A DNA stretch of 63,707 bases, filler included, from Chiloscyllium plagiosum (taxonomy: Eukaryota), in the NCBI RefSeq assembly GCF_004010195.1. It is 5 parts of one record of this genome, joined end to end, with 100 filler letters (N's around TTAATTAATTAA, not from the genome) between each part and the next. Parts side by side here need not be neighbours in the genome. Positions count along the whole stretch, not along the records: positions 25,798 to 52,504 come from NC_057710.1; 4 more parts are not named here. The stretch is one strand, 5' to 3'. Within the stretch, counting starts at the first letter, position 1. Each line of letters opens with the position of its first letter. Shown here piece after piece: positions 36,601 through 50,185 of the stretch. The notes beneath the pieces are model-generated. The model searched no databases. It saw only the letters and a list, made by a program, of their open reading frames with translations, and was not told where the DNA came from. The translations under genes and the position numbers were made by a program.

Positions 36601-37277
36601 TCATAGAGATGCATGGAAACAGACCCTTCAATCCAACCCGTCCATGCTGACCAGATATCCCAACACAATCTAGTCCCACCTGCCAGCACCTGGCCCATAT
36701 CCCNNNNNNNNNNNNNNNNNNNNNNNNNNNNNNNNNNNNNNNNNNNNNNNNNNNNNNNNNNNNNNNNNNNNNNNNNNNNNNNNNNNNNNNNNNNNNNNNN
36801 NNNNNNNNNNNNNNNNNNNNNNNNNNNNNNNNNNNNNNNNNNNNNNNNNNNNNNNNNNNNNNNNNNNNNNNNNNNNNNNNNNNNNNNNNNNNNNNNNNNN
36901 NNNNNNNNNNNNNNNNNNNNNNNNNNNNNNNNNNNNNNNNCTCCACTTTCAAGGAGCTATGAACCTGCACTCCAAGGTCTCTTTGTTCAGCAACACTCCC
37001 TAGGATCTTACCATTAAGTGTATAAGTCCTGCTAAGATTTGCTTTCCCAAAATACAGCACCTTGCATTTATCTGAATTAAACTCCATCTGTCACTTCTCA
37101 GCCCATTGGCCCATCTGGTCAAGATCCTGTTGTAATCTGAGATAACCCTCTTCGCTGTCCACTACACCTCCAATCTTGGTGTCATCTGCAAACTTACTAA
37201 CTGTACCTCTTATGCTCGCATCCAAATCATTTATGTAAATGACAAAAAGTAGAGGACCCAGCACCGATCCTTGTGGA
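36601..37277 (-). mobile_element. 5'-truncated CR1-like LINE containing a 237-N gap
   Basis: [19 protein letters not shown]...FADDTK...MEFNSDKCKVL. Confidence 0.85.
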
Positions 37278-38210
37278 AAGGTGATCAGAGAAGTCAACAT
37301 AGTTTTGTGAAAGTGAAATCGGGTTTGATCAATCTAATGCCGTTCTTTGAGAAAGTAACACATGCTATAAATAAAGGGAAGCCCGTGGATGCACTGTTTT
37401 TAGATTTTCAGAATGCAATTGATAAGATCATTATGAAAAATAAAATAAAACTGTACGAGTTGCATTTTGGTATGGATAAAAGATTGGCTAGCTAAAAGGA
37501 AACATGAAGTAGTTATAAATGGGTCTTGTTCAAGTAGGTATGATGTTGTGAATGTTGTCCTGCAGGGATTGATGCTGGGACCTTGATTGCGGACAATTTA
37601 TATAAATGGCATTGTAATATTGATCAAAGGTATTTGGCGATGACACGCAGATAGGTAGGCAAATGGAAAAAGTAAAATTGTCCATTTTAGCAGGGATAAT
37701 GGAAAAGAAACATGTTGTCTCAATGGTGAGCGATTGTAGAACCACAAAATGCATAGGGTATTCTCATGCAATAATTGAAAAAGGTTAATATGCATGTATT
37801 GCAAGTAATTGGAAAAGCTATTAAAATGTTGCTACTTATCATGAAGGAAACTAAACATAAAACTAGTGAGGTTATGCTTTATTTATACAGGGTACTGATT
37901 ACACCACATCTGAAGTATGGTGCATCATACTGGTCAGCATATTTAAGGAAGAAAGTAAATGCAGTTGAGGCGGTCCAAAGAACATACACTGACCTACTAT
38001 CTGGAATTCTCAGGTTGTCTTAAGAGGAAAGTTTGGGTAGGCTGGGCTTGTATCTGCTGGGGTTTAGGACATTAAGTGGTGACTTGAAATGTGTAAAATC
38101 CTGAAGGGATTTGGCAGGGTAGATGCGGAGACAATGTTCACTTTGATAGAAGTTAGAACCAGCGATTCAAAAATCAGAGGTTGACCATTTAAAATGAGGA
38201 TTAGTCAAGA
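37278..38210 (+). mobile_element. Heavily diverged CR1-like RT fragment
   Basis: [12 protein letters not shown]...LDFQNAIDK and LYRVLITPHLKY. Confidence 0.7.
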
Positions 38211-38219
38211 CGTTTTCCA

Positions 38220-39165
38220 TCCCACAGTACAGGCTCTTCGGCCCACGATTTTTTCTGCATATTTATCTTCATCTAAAATCAACCTAACCTACACACCCCT
38301 CATTTTACTGCTGATCATGTGCTTATCCAGCAGTCGCTTAAATGTCCCTAATGCCTCTGACTCCACTACCGGTGCTGGCAGTGCATTCCATGCACCCACC
38401 ACTCTCTGCCTAAAGAACCTACCCTGACATCTCCCCTATACCTTCCTCCAATTACCTTTAAATGATGACTCCTTGTGACAGCCATTTGTGCTCTGGGGAG
38501 AAGCCTTTGGCCATCTACTCTATCATTACCTTGTACACCTTGTAAAGACTCTCATTACCTTGTACATCTCTATCAAGTCACCTCTATCCCTTCTTCTCTC
38601 CAGTTGTGAAAAGCCCTCACTCAGCCTCTCTTCATAAGACAAGCCCTCCAATCCAGGCAGTATCCTAGTAAATCTCCTCTGTACTCAGTCTAAAGCATCT
38701 ACATTCTTCCCATAATGAGGCAACCAGAATTGGAGACAATATTCCAAGTGTGGTCTAACCAGGGTTTTATACAACTGCAGTAAAACCTCACGGCTCTTAA
38801 ACTCAATCCTCCTGTTAATGAAAGCCAAAACACTATATGCCTTCTTAACAACCCTATCCACTTGTGTAGGAGAAAGTGAGGGCTGCAGAAGGGCTTATGC
38901 CCGAAACGTCGATTCTCCTGTTCCTTGGATGCTGCCTGACCTGCTGCGCTTTTCCAGCAACACATTTTCAGCTATCCACTTGTGTAGCAACTTTGAGAGA
39001 ACTATATACGTGGGATTACAAGATCCCGCTGTTCCTCCCCACTGCCAAGAATCCTGCATTTAATCTTGTATCCAGCATTCAAATTCAGCCTTCCAAAATG
39101 AATTACTTTGCATTTATCCAGGTTAAACTCCATCTGCCACTTCTCAGACCTGCTCTGCATCCTTA
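38220..39165 (-). mobile_element. CR1-like LINE 3' part with a nested Penelope insert
   Basis: WQMEFNLDKCKVIHFGR...RILGSGEEQRDL. Confidence 0.8.
38870..38971. mobile_element. Bipartite inverted Penelope pLTR insert (family A)
   Basis: 16-bp TSD CTATCCACTTGTGTAG at 38854-38869 and 38972-38987. The first ~20 nt are antisense and the remainder is sense. Confidence 0.85.
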
Positions 39166-39305
39166 AAGTGCAACTGTATGTTTTGTCCCTTTCTGTCATA
39201 CTCTGGCAATCCATACCCCCACTGCTATCTTGCACTATTACCTTGGTTTTTGTCTTAAACTTTCCAAATTTCTCCTCACATGAACCTTCCACCCCACTAT
39301 TTACT

Positions 39306-39462
39306 GAGAGTCATAGAGTCATATAGCACAGAAACAGACCCTATGGTCCAACTCATCCGTGCTGACTGGATATCCTTAACTGATTTAGTCCGTTTTGCCA
39401 GCATTTGGCCCATATCCCTCTAAACCTTTCCTATTTGTCTTCCCTTCCAGATGCCTTTTAAA
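39306..39462 (-). mobile_element. LINE extreme 3' end
   Basis: GAGTCATAGAGTCATATAGCACAGAAACAGACCC, as at 9816. Confidence 0.7.
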
Positions 39463-40507
39463 TAATGCCCTCTCTACAATTCACCAGTATATTGGTTCCA
39501 GCGCAGTTCATATGAAGGCTTTCCCAACTGTACTGTTCCATTCTGCCCTCTAGTGCCAGTGTTGCATCACCCACTGCTCCCACACCAAACTTTGAACCAC
39601 GCATCCACTTTTCCAGTCTTATTTACCCTGTGCCAATTTGCCTGTAGTTTTGGCAATATTTCAGAAATGACTACCTCTGCAGTTTTGCTTTTTAATTTAG
39701 CCTCAACTGCTTATCGGCACATAGCTACATCTCGTTTTTAGTTCCATCTACACCCTCCCCACCCACCCCGAGAAGATATCCTTAATCATGACAATGGACA
39801 GGCAACTTTTAATGGACAGCTTTTAAGACCTATTACTGGTCACTTGAGCAATATCTATTCACTTAACTGTACAATGCCATGTTACATTTATAATAGTTTT
39901 ACTTCCCCTGTCCCCAAATTTGAATGCCCCCCCTGTGACATGATGCTATGGTCAATTTGCACATCTTTCTTACTGCCTCTGTATTATTCACATAACCTGC
40001 AAGAACATTTAACCTGTTGGATAATTGCAAGGGCTGAGGCACCTCCACTGCCATCTTCTGCATTCTCAACACCCGCTTCTCTTACAGTTGCACCTTCCGG
40101 TTGCCGTCAACAGAATTAATCAGAAGACACTAGCCCTAAGGGACTTGAATATCTCTTAAAATACAATGTCCATGTAATATACCCCCTCCTGATGCGTAGT
40201 AGTAGAACACAAGATACCAGCTCATCAGTTCTGAGCTAAAGTGCCTCAAGCTGCAGAAACTTAAAGGAGATGAGGGCAATGGATCAGAGTGGAATCTATC
40301 AGCTCGCACATACTACTGCTACAACACGTTGCTTGCCTTGCCGCCATTATTTTGTTTTTATTTAACTAATCAGGTTTCAACTTTGGACTATCAATTAATA
40401 ATAATTAATAATAATTATCCTGTTTAATTAGTTATTTCACTTTACTGTAATTCCTATATTCTCCCAGTACCCAGTTTGCAAGTGGATAAAGTGAAACTCA
40501 CCAATCA

Positions 40508-41811
40508 CATGTATTTGGAAAGGCAAGGATTGATTAGGGATAGTCAGCATGTGTGTGTGGGAAATCATGTCTTATGAACTTGATTGAATTTTTTGAAGAA
40601 GTAACAAAGAGGATTAATGAGGGTAGAGTGGTAGACGTGTAAGGTGTTCAACAAGGTTCCTCATGGGAGACTGGTTAGCAAGGTTAGATCTCATGGAATA
40701 CAGGGAGAACCAACCAGTTGTATACAGAACTGGCTCAAAGTTAGAAGACAGAGGGTGGTAGTGGAGGGTTGCTTTTCAGACTGGAGGCCTGTGACCAGTG
40801 GTGTGCCACAAGGATCAGTGCTGGGTCCACTGCTTTTCATCATTTATATAAATGATTTGGATTTGAACATAGGAGGTATAGCTATTAATTTTGTAGATGA
40901 CACCAAAATTGGAGGTGTACTAGATAGCAAAGAAAGTTACCTCAGAGTACAACAGGATCTTGACCAGATGGGCCAATGGGCTGAGAAGTGGCAGGTGGAG
41001 TTTAATTTAGATAAATGCAAGGTGTCGCATTTTGGAAAAGCAAATCAGAGCAAGATGTATACACCTAATGGTAAGGTCCTGGGGAGTGTTGCTGAACAAA
41101 GAGACCTTGGAGTGTAGGTTCATAGCTCCTTGAAAGTAAAGTCACAGGTAGACAGGATAGTGAAGATAGTGTTTGGTATGCTTTCCTTTATTGGTCAGAG
41201 TATTGAATATAGGACTTGGGAGGTCATATTATGGCTGTACAGGACATTGGCTAGCCCTCTTTTGGAATATTGCATGCAATTCTGATCTCCTTCCTATCAG
41301 AAGAATATTGTGAAACTTGAAAGGGTTCAGTAAAGATTAACAAGGATGTTGCCAGGGTTAGAGGATTTGTAGGGAGAGGCTGAATAGGCTGGGACTGTTT
41401 TTCCTGGAGCATCAGAGGCTGAGGGGTGACCTTATAGAGGTTTATAAAATCATGCGGGGCATTGATACAATAAATAGACACCGTCTTTTCACTGGAATGG
41501 GGGAGTCCAGAACTAGAGGGCGTAAGTTTAGGGTGAAGGGGGAAAAATATAAAAGGCACCTAAGAGGCAACATTTTCACACAGAAGTTGGTGCATGTATC
41601 GAATGAGCTGCCAGAGGAAGTGGTGGAGGCTGGTACAATTACAGCATTTAAAAGGCATCAGGATGTGTATATGAATAGGAAGAGTTTAGAGGGATATGAG
41701 TCAAGTGTTGGCAAATGGGACTAAGTTGCACTGAGATATCTGATCGGCATGGGCAAGTTGGACTGAAGGGTCTGTTTCCATGCTGTACATTTCTGTGACT
41801 CTATGACTCTA
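40508..41811 (+). mobile_element. 5'-truncated CR1-like LINE
   Basis: FNKVPHGRL...[13 protein letters not shown]...VDDTK, with a TGACTCTATGACTCTA tail. Confidence 0.9.
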
Positions 41812-41907
41812 AGTACCTTCTCACCTAATTATTGCCTTCAGACTTAATCTTTCAGGTCTTGCTGTCATCAGGTTCCCCCCTTGGACCGTTCTCCTTTTGC
41901 AAAACGC

Positions 41908-42635
41908 TTAAGAATAACAGGAAGGCAGAGCACTGGGTCAATGGAAAGATTCCTGGTAGTGTGGATGTGCAGAGGGATCTTGGAGTCCATGTACATAGAT
42001 CCCTGAAAGTTGCCACCCAGGTGGATAGTGCTGTTATGAAGGCATACGGTGTGTTAGGGTTCATTCATAGAGGGATTGAATTCCGGAACCGCAACATCAT
42101 GCTGCAACTATACAAAACGCTATTGCTGCCACACTTAGAATATTGTGTACAGTTCTGGTCACCATATTTCGGGAAGGATGTGGAAGCATAGGAAAAGATG
42201 CAGAGGAGATTTACCTGGATGTTACCTGATCTGGAGGGAAGGTCTTAGGAAAGGCTGAGAGACTTGGGTCTGTTCTCATTGGAAAGAAGAAAGCTAAGAG
42301 GGGATTTTATAGAGACATACAAGATGATCAGAGGATTAGATAGGGTAGACAGTGAAAGTCTTTTTCTTAGGATGATGACATCAGCTGGTACGAGGGGGCA
42401 TAACTACAAATTGAGGGGTGATAGATTTAAGACAGACGTCAGAGGCATGTTCTTTACTCAGAGAGTGGTAAGGGCGTGGAATGCCCTACCTGCTAGGGAG
42501 ATTTAAACAATCCTTGGATAAGCACATGGATGATTTTGGGATAGTGTAGGGGGACGAGCTGAGTATCGTTCACATTTCGACGCAACATCGAGGGCCGAAT
42601 GGCCTGTTCTGCGCTGTATTGTTCTATGTTCTATG
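41908..42635 (+). mobile_element. 5'-truncated LINE, same family as 166-3315
   Basis: NGKIPGSVDVQRDLGV...LYKTLLLPHLEY...WNALP, with a TGTTCTATGTTCTAT tail. Confidence 0.9.
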
Positions 42636-42800
42636 ACCTCCTTCCTCATTAAATTAATTCTTTCATTTACCAAATTTCTGACTTTTCACATTTGGTCTGA
42701 TTGAACTCAGTCTCCAGGCGCCACCTCTGAGTGATTTGACGCAGAACCAAATAGGACCAAGTGTTTAAATATAAAATGATTTTTCTGAATAGGCCTATTG

Positions 42801-43674
42801 TGTTATGAAGGTTTCATTGTTATGGATTCTGTGGATACCTGGATTTTTTTTTCCCAGAAGGACAATGAAAAGACAATTAGGAAGTTTTTTTTTGACAAGG
42901 CTTTTTTGGGGTGTGACATGGTTGCAGATAATTTGCTGATGTTAGGTTGCTTGAACTCACTTTAGGGAAAACACCTGACTGTTTTTCTGGCTGGGTTTTA
43001 TGGCTGTTCTAATTGAACGAATGGCTTTGGATTTTCAGTTGAAACGAAGCTTGCTGAAAGGAGGAAGCTTCCCAGTTCACCTATCTTATTTTTCAAAAAA
43101 AAAACCCTTGTTGTGAAAGCAGTATGAAACCTGCATGTCCTCACAAACTGCAGCTGAAAGAATCCTCAATACTATATGTTCCAGAGATACTGCATTTGCA
43201 AAGATTCAAGAAGCCTTTGGTCGCACCAAAAGCTCACAATGACAGCCATCCAAAAATCTCAGACATATCATTGTTGTTTTTGAAAGCGAAGAATCATTAA
43301 CCATAAGTATTTTGCTTCCCAAACTGAATTTCTGCAGAACATTTTCTCTTTTTATTTGAAGTGTGTGTTTGCCTATGCATTTTCAGGCAATTTTTAAGGA
43401 ATTATAAGGATTACATTTATATTTCTGTTTTCATTTTACAAATGCATATATTAACTAATTCTGCATTTTCATTGAATAGGCTCTATTTTAGAATAAATGA
43501 ATCACTTTGTGTTGATTTATAAAAAAAACCTGATTGGTGGATTTTTTTTAATGTCTGCTTTGGGAAAAAAACGCAAACAATTGACCATATCAGAAACTAA
43601 GTAAAACAATAGCATTTACGTTGTGACCCATGGAGTATAGAAAGGCAATGTCTCCTTCCATCTCAGTCATAACA
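42801..43674 (+). mobile_element. Solo LTR of an LTR retrotransposon
   Basis: TG...CA ends form a perfect 8-bp inverted repeat TGTTATGA/TCATAACA. The flanks ATTG/ATTA are a 3-of-4 TSD match, and AATAAA lies at 43492-43497. Confidence 0.65.
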
Positions 43675-44634
43675 ATTATCACTGTAGTCATGGATAAAAT
43701 TATATTCTGGAATGGAGTACATTTTATTATTAAATTAAACAAGAACCACAGCCTCCTGCACTCTTTAAGATGATGGAACCCAGATGTAATTTTTCTGTCA
43801 AAAACTTGATGAAACACACTTCCATTCCAGTCTATCCAGCTCAGGCTCACAGCTGACAATGAGCATGAGACCATACAGAGTTCATGTTTGAAATGCTTTA
43901 AAATGTACAACAGCTGCATAAAGTCAGACTTTTCTGTACATAACGTTGAAGTCGAATTATATTTATAAGTTCGGGTTTGAAAATGCAGGACAAACAAAAT
44001 CGCTTCTGTTGTCTCGCTAATATAAAGAAATCCTACAATGACCAACTAGCATACTGCAGGGTAAATCTTTCAAAACAGTTTTGAGAGTTTGTTAAACAAC
44101 AACTATGCTTTCTATTGAGGAGCAGCATCATTTGGGAATTCTAAAAGCAGAAATCTGGCTGAACTCCCAAATTATTCCACATAACAATCATAACCACTGT
44201 AATGGCTGACCAAAAGAATTTCTTTCTCTTCACAATAAAATTAATGTGATAATTTCAAGCCTCAAGGTTTAGCTGAGATAATGGTGATTTTTTTTTCACA
44301 CACTCTTGAGTCAGGCCTAACACAATTTCCAATCATTTTAATTATACAAGGTTAGCTCAAATGTTGTCTCACTATGTTCATCTTTGATCAAGTGTATCAA
44401 ATTGTGAAGCTGACAAGGGCCATTAAATTAATTGAAAGCTTATTGTTAGAGACGAAGTGAAGGTGAATTGCAGCACAATTTAAGCATTTGAAGTTATGGT
44501 CCTCAATTATATTTCTTACTATCAATAGTAACACAGTGCAGTAGTTATTATAAACTAATTTTAGGTTTGCTTAATCAATTTTTGTCAATTTTCCAAGATT
44601 CTTTTAATGTCTAAACAGAGTTGTTCTTTTATTA

Positions 44635-44850
44635 TCATTCCTCAGCAGGATGTGGGTGTCACTGGGGAGTTCAGCAGTTATTGCTTGTCCCCAAATTCCC
44701 TTCAATGAGTGGTGTCCTAGGTCATTTCACAGAGCAAGTATGAGTCAATGTCTCGGCTGTGGATCTTGAATCGAGGCAAGACCAGTCAAGGACAATAAAT
44801 TTTCTTTCCTGAAAGACATTGATGAACTAGATGGGATTTTAATATAATCC
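44635..44850 (-). mobile_element. Second SINE family, 3' part
   Basis: GGATGTGGGTGTCACTGG...TTATTGCTTGTCCC...GAACTAGATGGG is antisense to 51935-52192. Confidence 0.6.
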
Positions 44851-45064
44851 AGCAGCAATTTGGGAATAAAACTTGGTCCCCATCATTTTGTGAGCATGCA
44901 GTTAGCAATATTCAGCCTGTATGCACCATAAGGCATGGGGGTAGGATACACATAGATTTGTTTTTGATTGCAGCATTGTTGTAGTGCATCGCACATTGCT
45001 TATTGCAGGAAACAAGCAGCATTGGCTGACAGACTGTGCTGCGGCCAGCCTGCACACGTTAAAA

Positions 45065-45167
45065 TCTCTCTCTCTCTCTCTCTCTCACCACCCTGTCTTT
45101 CTCTCTCTCTCTCCCGCCCCCACCCCCCAACCCCGTCTCTCTCTCCCTCTCCCTCTCTCTCTCTCTC
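45065..45167. repeat. Imperfect (CT)n polypyrimidine microsatellite
   Basis: Directly visible in the sequence. Confidence 0.9.
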
Positions 45168-45552
45168 AAAGGGAAGTAACATACAGTGCTCGGAGCTGCT
45201 GCTACTGGTTCTGACTCTCGGTACATGCAGCAGCTGCACAATAATTCAGGCACTCAGAGCTGCTGTCTCATACTCAAGCTCTCTTGCAAACATCTGTCTT
45301 ACAGGACAAGGTAGCCCACAGTAGAAAGTAGAAAGGTATAACTGGCAAATAACAAGTATGTCTGTGAAGGATATAGTTTTCCAAATCAGTAACCAGCTGT
45401 GACCTGGCCCAGGTATCTGGCATAACTGATAATATTGAGATTGTTCCTACCTTGTGTGTCCTTCAGTATAATGACCAAGTTGGCTTTCAATCCCACTTTT
45501 CTCATCTTAACCACCATCACCTTCTGGAACCCCTCCAAGCCACTTTCTATCT

Positions 45553-45760
45553 TGACTTGGAAATATATCGCCATTCTTTCACTGTCTCTGAATCAAAATC
45601 CTGGAATTGCCTCCTTAATGGCATTGTGGGCCAACCCTCAGCAGGTGGACTGCAGCCGTTCAGAAGGCAGCTCACCACCTCCTCCTCAAGGACAACTAGG
45701 GACAGGCAATAAATGCTGGTCAGCCAGTGATACCCACATCCCACAAATTAATTTTAAAAA
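45553..45760 (+). mobile_element. Old LINE 3' end
   Basis: DLEIYRHSFTVSESKSWNCLLNGIVG...RRQLTT plus a GGCAATAAATGCTGG tail. Confidence 0.72.
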
Positions 45761-46213
45761 GCAACCCTTTTCTGATTACTTCTTTTAAAGACACCAAAGA
45801 ACTGGCCCTTCTCTGCCACAGTGGAGCCAGATGGGGTAGAAAGAGCAGCAGTATAGCACATAGTAGCCCCATCACTTGATCTGACACTCCCAATCCCCAG
45901 ATTAGGTATTGACATTCTATGTATCTTCGAGATATGTTTACAGTTGCAATCTACAATTGGTGAGTCATCAAGCATGATTGTGCTGTAGCCAGGCCAGGAG
46001 GAGGGAAAGGTCAGTGAGCTGGCTACTCCAGGTGGAGGTAATAGACAGGTCCTTTTACTGGGGACTCTGATCAGGCAGCATTCAGGAGAACATTGGTGGG
46101 GATTCACACACTGCATTGACCATCTATAGCTTCCTCTCACATTCCAGGAACCTGGAAGAATCCAGCTCAGTATGACTGAGGGCATTGTAATAGGACAAGT
46201 TCTCTGATGCCAC

Positions 46214-46413
46214 TGAATCCCTGCAGTGCATATGGAGGTCATTAGCCCCACTGAGTCTGCACTGACCCTCCAAAGACCTTCCACCACTGACCCAAATCCC
46301 CCACTCCTTCCCTCCAACCTGCATTTACCATGAATAATTCACCTAGCCTGCGCATCCCTGGACACTACCAGGCAATTTACATTACCAATCCACCTAAACT
46401 GCATTTCTTTGGA
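46214..46413 (-). mobile_element. HE1-like SINE 3' half
   Basis: GAATCCCTGCAGTG...CACTGACCCTCC...CCAATCCACCTAA. Confidence 0.7.
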
Positions 46414-48539
46414 CATCATTGGGTAAATGTTCCCCACTCTCTGCCTCTGCTCCAGCCTTTCTGTCCTGCTGCAGACAGCGAGTTACTTCAATTGCAACTC
46501 TGATATCTCTTACAGTCTATGTGTGGACAGATCACCAAATCAGCGACACTCATTGCCAAATGTAACAACTCACGACAACACTTTCAAACACAGTAATTCT
46601 GGAGACAATTCCAGAATTCCATCTAAATTACCTTGACTACAAGTTTGCTATGGTGCCAACACCAGTTCAGAGGTTTCTAGCATGCATAAGGGATGACCCT
46701 GCAAAAACATTCCCATATGGGGAGCTCCATGGGCTGTCCCAGAAGCAGATAAGGACATTCTGCATTCACACAGAGGGACTCCAGTGTCCATTACATCACC
46801 ACCAGCAGTGCTGCGGATTGGAATTTCACAGCCAGTCACTGTCACCCATACTAGCTTTTCAATTCAAGATATATCAATTGAACTCAACTTCCTCAGATGG
46901 CAGAATTGGAACTCATATGTCCAAATCATTAATGTGCTCCAGTAACATCACCTCCACGATATAGTCCCTGAGGGATTATCACTCACATTCACACCAGCTG
47001 CAAAGAAATACTGACTTGCATGTGAAGGAGATCAGATTACAACTTACAGAGATACATCACAAGCCTATCAACAGTGAACATCAAAAACACCTCCCAGAGT
47101 AACAAACTCAAGAACTGCTGAATGTCTCAAGAAAACACAGCATCAACATTTGTAAATTAAACACTGAGCTAGATTTTTTGTGGATCTGGAGGTTTGTTTT
47201 CAGATATGGCCTGTCATTGACCTGTCCCAGGGAGACAGTCATTTAAGTGATCAGGCCTCTGTTGATGTATCAGAGGGTACATCTACCAAAGAACTGGAAG
47301 CTGGAGCATCAGCAAGGAAAGAAATATTATTTTGCACAACTGAGAACAAAGGGAAAATATCATGCAATTCAAAACCCTCTCTCACATCAAGTCAACTTTG
47401 TTTTTGCTGTATCTTGAACATTTTGTAAAAAAAATGAAAAAATGAGTTTTTTCTCAACACCTTGAAAGTTTTGGAAAGTTGTTAAATTTTCAAATCACCT
47501 CTAACCTAAGCATAAATTCTAACTTAGATGAGTTACAATAACGTTGAAAAGGTCACCACTTGATGGAAGGAATACATAAGAAATTGCTCCATGTCAGTGA
47601 AGTCCCCAGCTACAACTGAAAATGAAACCATTCCAGAAAAATATAAGTCTGTGCTGTCACTTGGACCAACAACACAGTCCTCATACAAGAAAAAGTTGCA
47701 AGTAAGTCTTCCATCGTACAATCTTTTAAATAAGGTTGTGGCAGAATATGCAAAATGAAAATAGAGATCGTATGCACGAATTAAAAGGAAGCAAATTGAC
47801 CAGCAATAAAATAAACTCTGGTTTCCCAGAGAATTGAGATTCTAAAACTTTAAATTTTAATTGTTGCCATGATTCAACCTTATGCTGCCAAGACTGAATG
47901 TTTAATTGTGAGAAAGACAGAAGTGGAAAATGTGACCTGGACCGTAGGCACTATATTATTTGTTAAGATATTTACAATATTGTAGTTTGTGGTACCCAGA
48001 AGTGTCATTGAAAGTATAATTATGACAAAGATCAGGGGGTGGACGTGAAGTGCTGTGAGAATGAGACTTTACAAGTTTTAAAATACCCCATCCAACATAA
48101 GATGAAACATAATAGTATGGATAGGGTAGATGGCCGTTATACTAAATGTTTGCTAGTGGAGAGGGCCATATGATCTGGATTTCATGGAGAAAGAAACCCA
48201 AATCAAAATCTATTAAATATGAAGTATCAATTTACACTCCCTGGCATATAAATGGACAGCTGCTTTTTGGAGCTAGGTACAGTGATATAGAGAGGGAGAA
48301 ACAATGCAGCTATGAAAGCAGGCAGTACTGTTGGGATTTTTGGAAATTTCAGGAACAGTAAAGCACCGAGGTGAGACTCGAGGTCAGCCTGGCAGACTCA
48401 GGCTGATTGGATTGACTATTAAAGGATCCTGCAAGTTGCAACCTGGCAATGACATGCAAAGTGAGCACTGGAAACAACCTGGGAATAACTTACAAAGCCA
48501 AATACCTTCCACAATGCAATGCGTAGTGAACAAAATTGT

Positions 48540-48753
48540 AAGATGTCTGGAATGAGCTGCCAGAGGAAGTGGTGGAGACTGGTACAACTACAACATTTAA
48601 AAGGCATCTGGATGGGTATATGAATAGGGAGCATTTAGAGGGAAATGGGCAAAGTGCTGGCAAATGGGACTAGATTAGGTTAGGGTATTTGGTCGGCATT
48701 GTCGAGTTGGATGAAGAGTCTGTTTCCATGTTGTACATCTCTATGACTCTATG
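48540..48753 (+). mobile_element. LINE extreme 3' end
   Basis: WNELPEEVVETGT...TCTATGACTCTATG tail. Confidence 0.8.
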
Positions 48754-49945
48754 TCTTTCATTTCTGTTAGTTAAGTTGAAAGTACCTTTACTTAAGTTCA
48801 GTTAGTTACCTGTTCAGTATATTTATTTATGCTGAGAAAAGGTACATGCTACAGATGCAAGAATTCTAAATTTCAATGCAAACAATGCATAAGAAAACGT
48901 TAATCGGTTGTCAAGGCACAGATATGTTGCTGTATAACCTTCCCACTAGTTGGTGGTGTATAGCCTACACTGAGCAATGTAACTGCACATCTCTCTGCTC
49001 CTTTGCTTGAACCAAATTGATTCTGTCCTTTAACCCTTTGACATGCCTCACGGGAGGCTGCTGAGTAAGGTGAGAGCCCATGGTGTTCGAGGGAGCTCCT
49101 GGCATGGATTGAGGATCGGCTATCTAACAGAAGGCAGAGAGTTGGGATAAAAGGTTCTTTTTCAGAATGGCAGCTAGTGACAAGTGATGTCCTGCTGGGT
49201 TCAGTGTTGGGGTCGCACCTGTTCACTTTATATATTAATGATCTGGACGAAGGGACTGGTAGCATTCTGGCAAAGTTCATCGATGATACAAAGTTAGGTG
49301 TACTGAGGAGGTGAGGAGAGTACAGAAAGATTTAGACAGTTAGGAGAGTGGTCCAAGAAATGGCTGATGAAACTCAATGTGAGCAAATGCGAGGTCTTGC
49401 ACTTTGGAAAAAAGAACACAGGCATGGACTATTTTCTAAATGGTGAGAAAATTCATAAAGCCAAAGTACAAAGGGATCTGAGAGTGCTAGTCCAGGATTC
49501 TCTAAAGGTTGACTTGCAGGTTGAGTTCGTGGTTAACAAAGCAAATGTAATGATGTCATTTATCTCAAGAGCAGTGATGTGCTACTGAGACTTTGCAAAG
49601 CTCTGGTTAGGCCCCATTTAGGATACTGTGTCCAGTTTTGGGTCCCACACCTCAGGAAGGACACACTGGCACTGGCATGTGGAGATTCACATGGATGATC
49701 CCTGGAATGGTAAGCCTAACATATGATGAATGGCTAAGGATGCTAAGATTGTATTCATTAGAGTTTAGAACTTTGAAGGGAGATCTAATAGAAGCTTAGA
49801 AAGGGTGGACGCTGGGAAATTGTTTCCGCCAGGCAGGATATTAGGACCCGTGGGCACAGCCTTAGAATTAGAGGGGTGTCAATTTATAATGGAAATGAGG
49901 AGACATTCTTTTAGCCAGAGAATGGTGGGCCTGTGGAATTCATTG

Positions 49946-50131
49946 ATTAGAGTGGTGCTGGAAAAGCACAGCAGTTCAGGCAGCATCCGAGGAGCAGCAA
50001 AATCGACGTTTCGAGCAAAAGCCCTTCATCAGGAATACAGGCAGAGAGCTTGAAGGGTGGAGAGATGCATCTTTTCCAGCACCACTCTAATCTAGAATCT
50101 GGTTTCCAGCATCTGCAGTCATTGTTTTTAC
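49946..50131. mobile_element. Inverted Penelope pLTR insert (family B)
   Basis: 16-bp TSD CCTGTGGAATTCATTG at 49930-49945 and 50132-50147. A perfect 22-bp inverted repeat lies at 49945-49966 and 50071-50092. Confidence 0.88.
50005..50032 (-). ncRNA. Minimal hammerhead ribozyme motif
   Basis: Minus strand: CTGATGA A GGGC-TTTT-GCTC GAAA CG TC. Confidence 0.65.
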
Positions 50132-50185
50132 CCTGTGGAATTCATTGCCACGGAGTACAGTGGAGGCCAGGATGTTAAATGTCTT

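Noticed and set aside
44968..45324. ORFs with SLSL or ERER runs
   Set aside because: These are translations of the (CT)n microsatellite.
45754..46317. 187-aa minus-strand ORF
   Set aside because: It begins in a SINE and has no recognisable domain, so it is probably a chance open frame.
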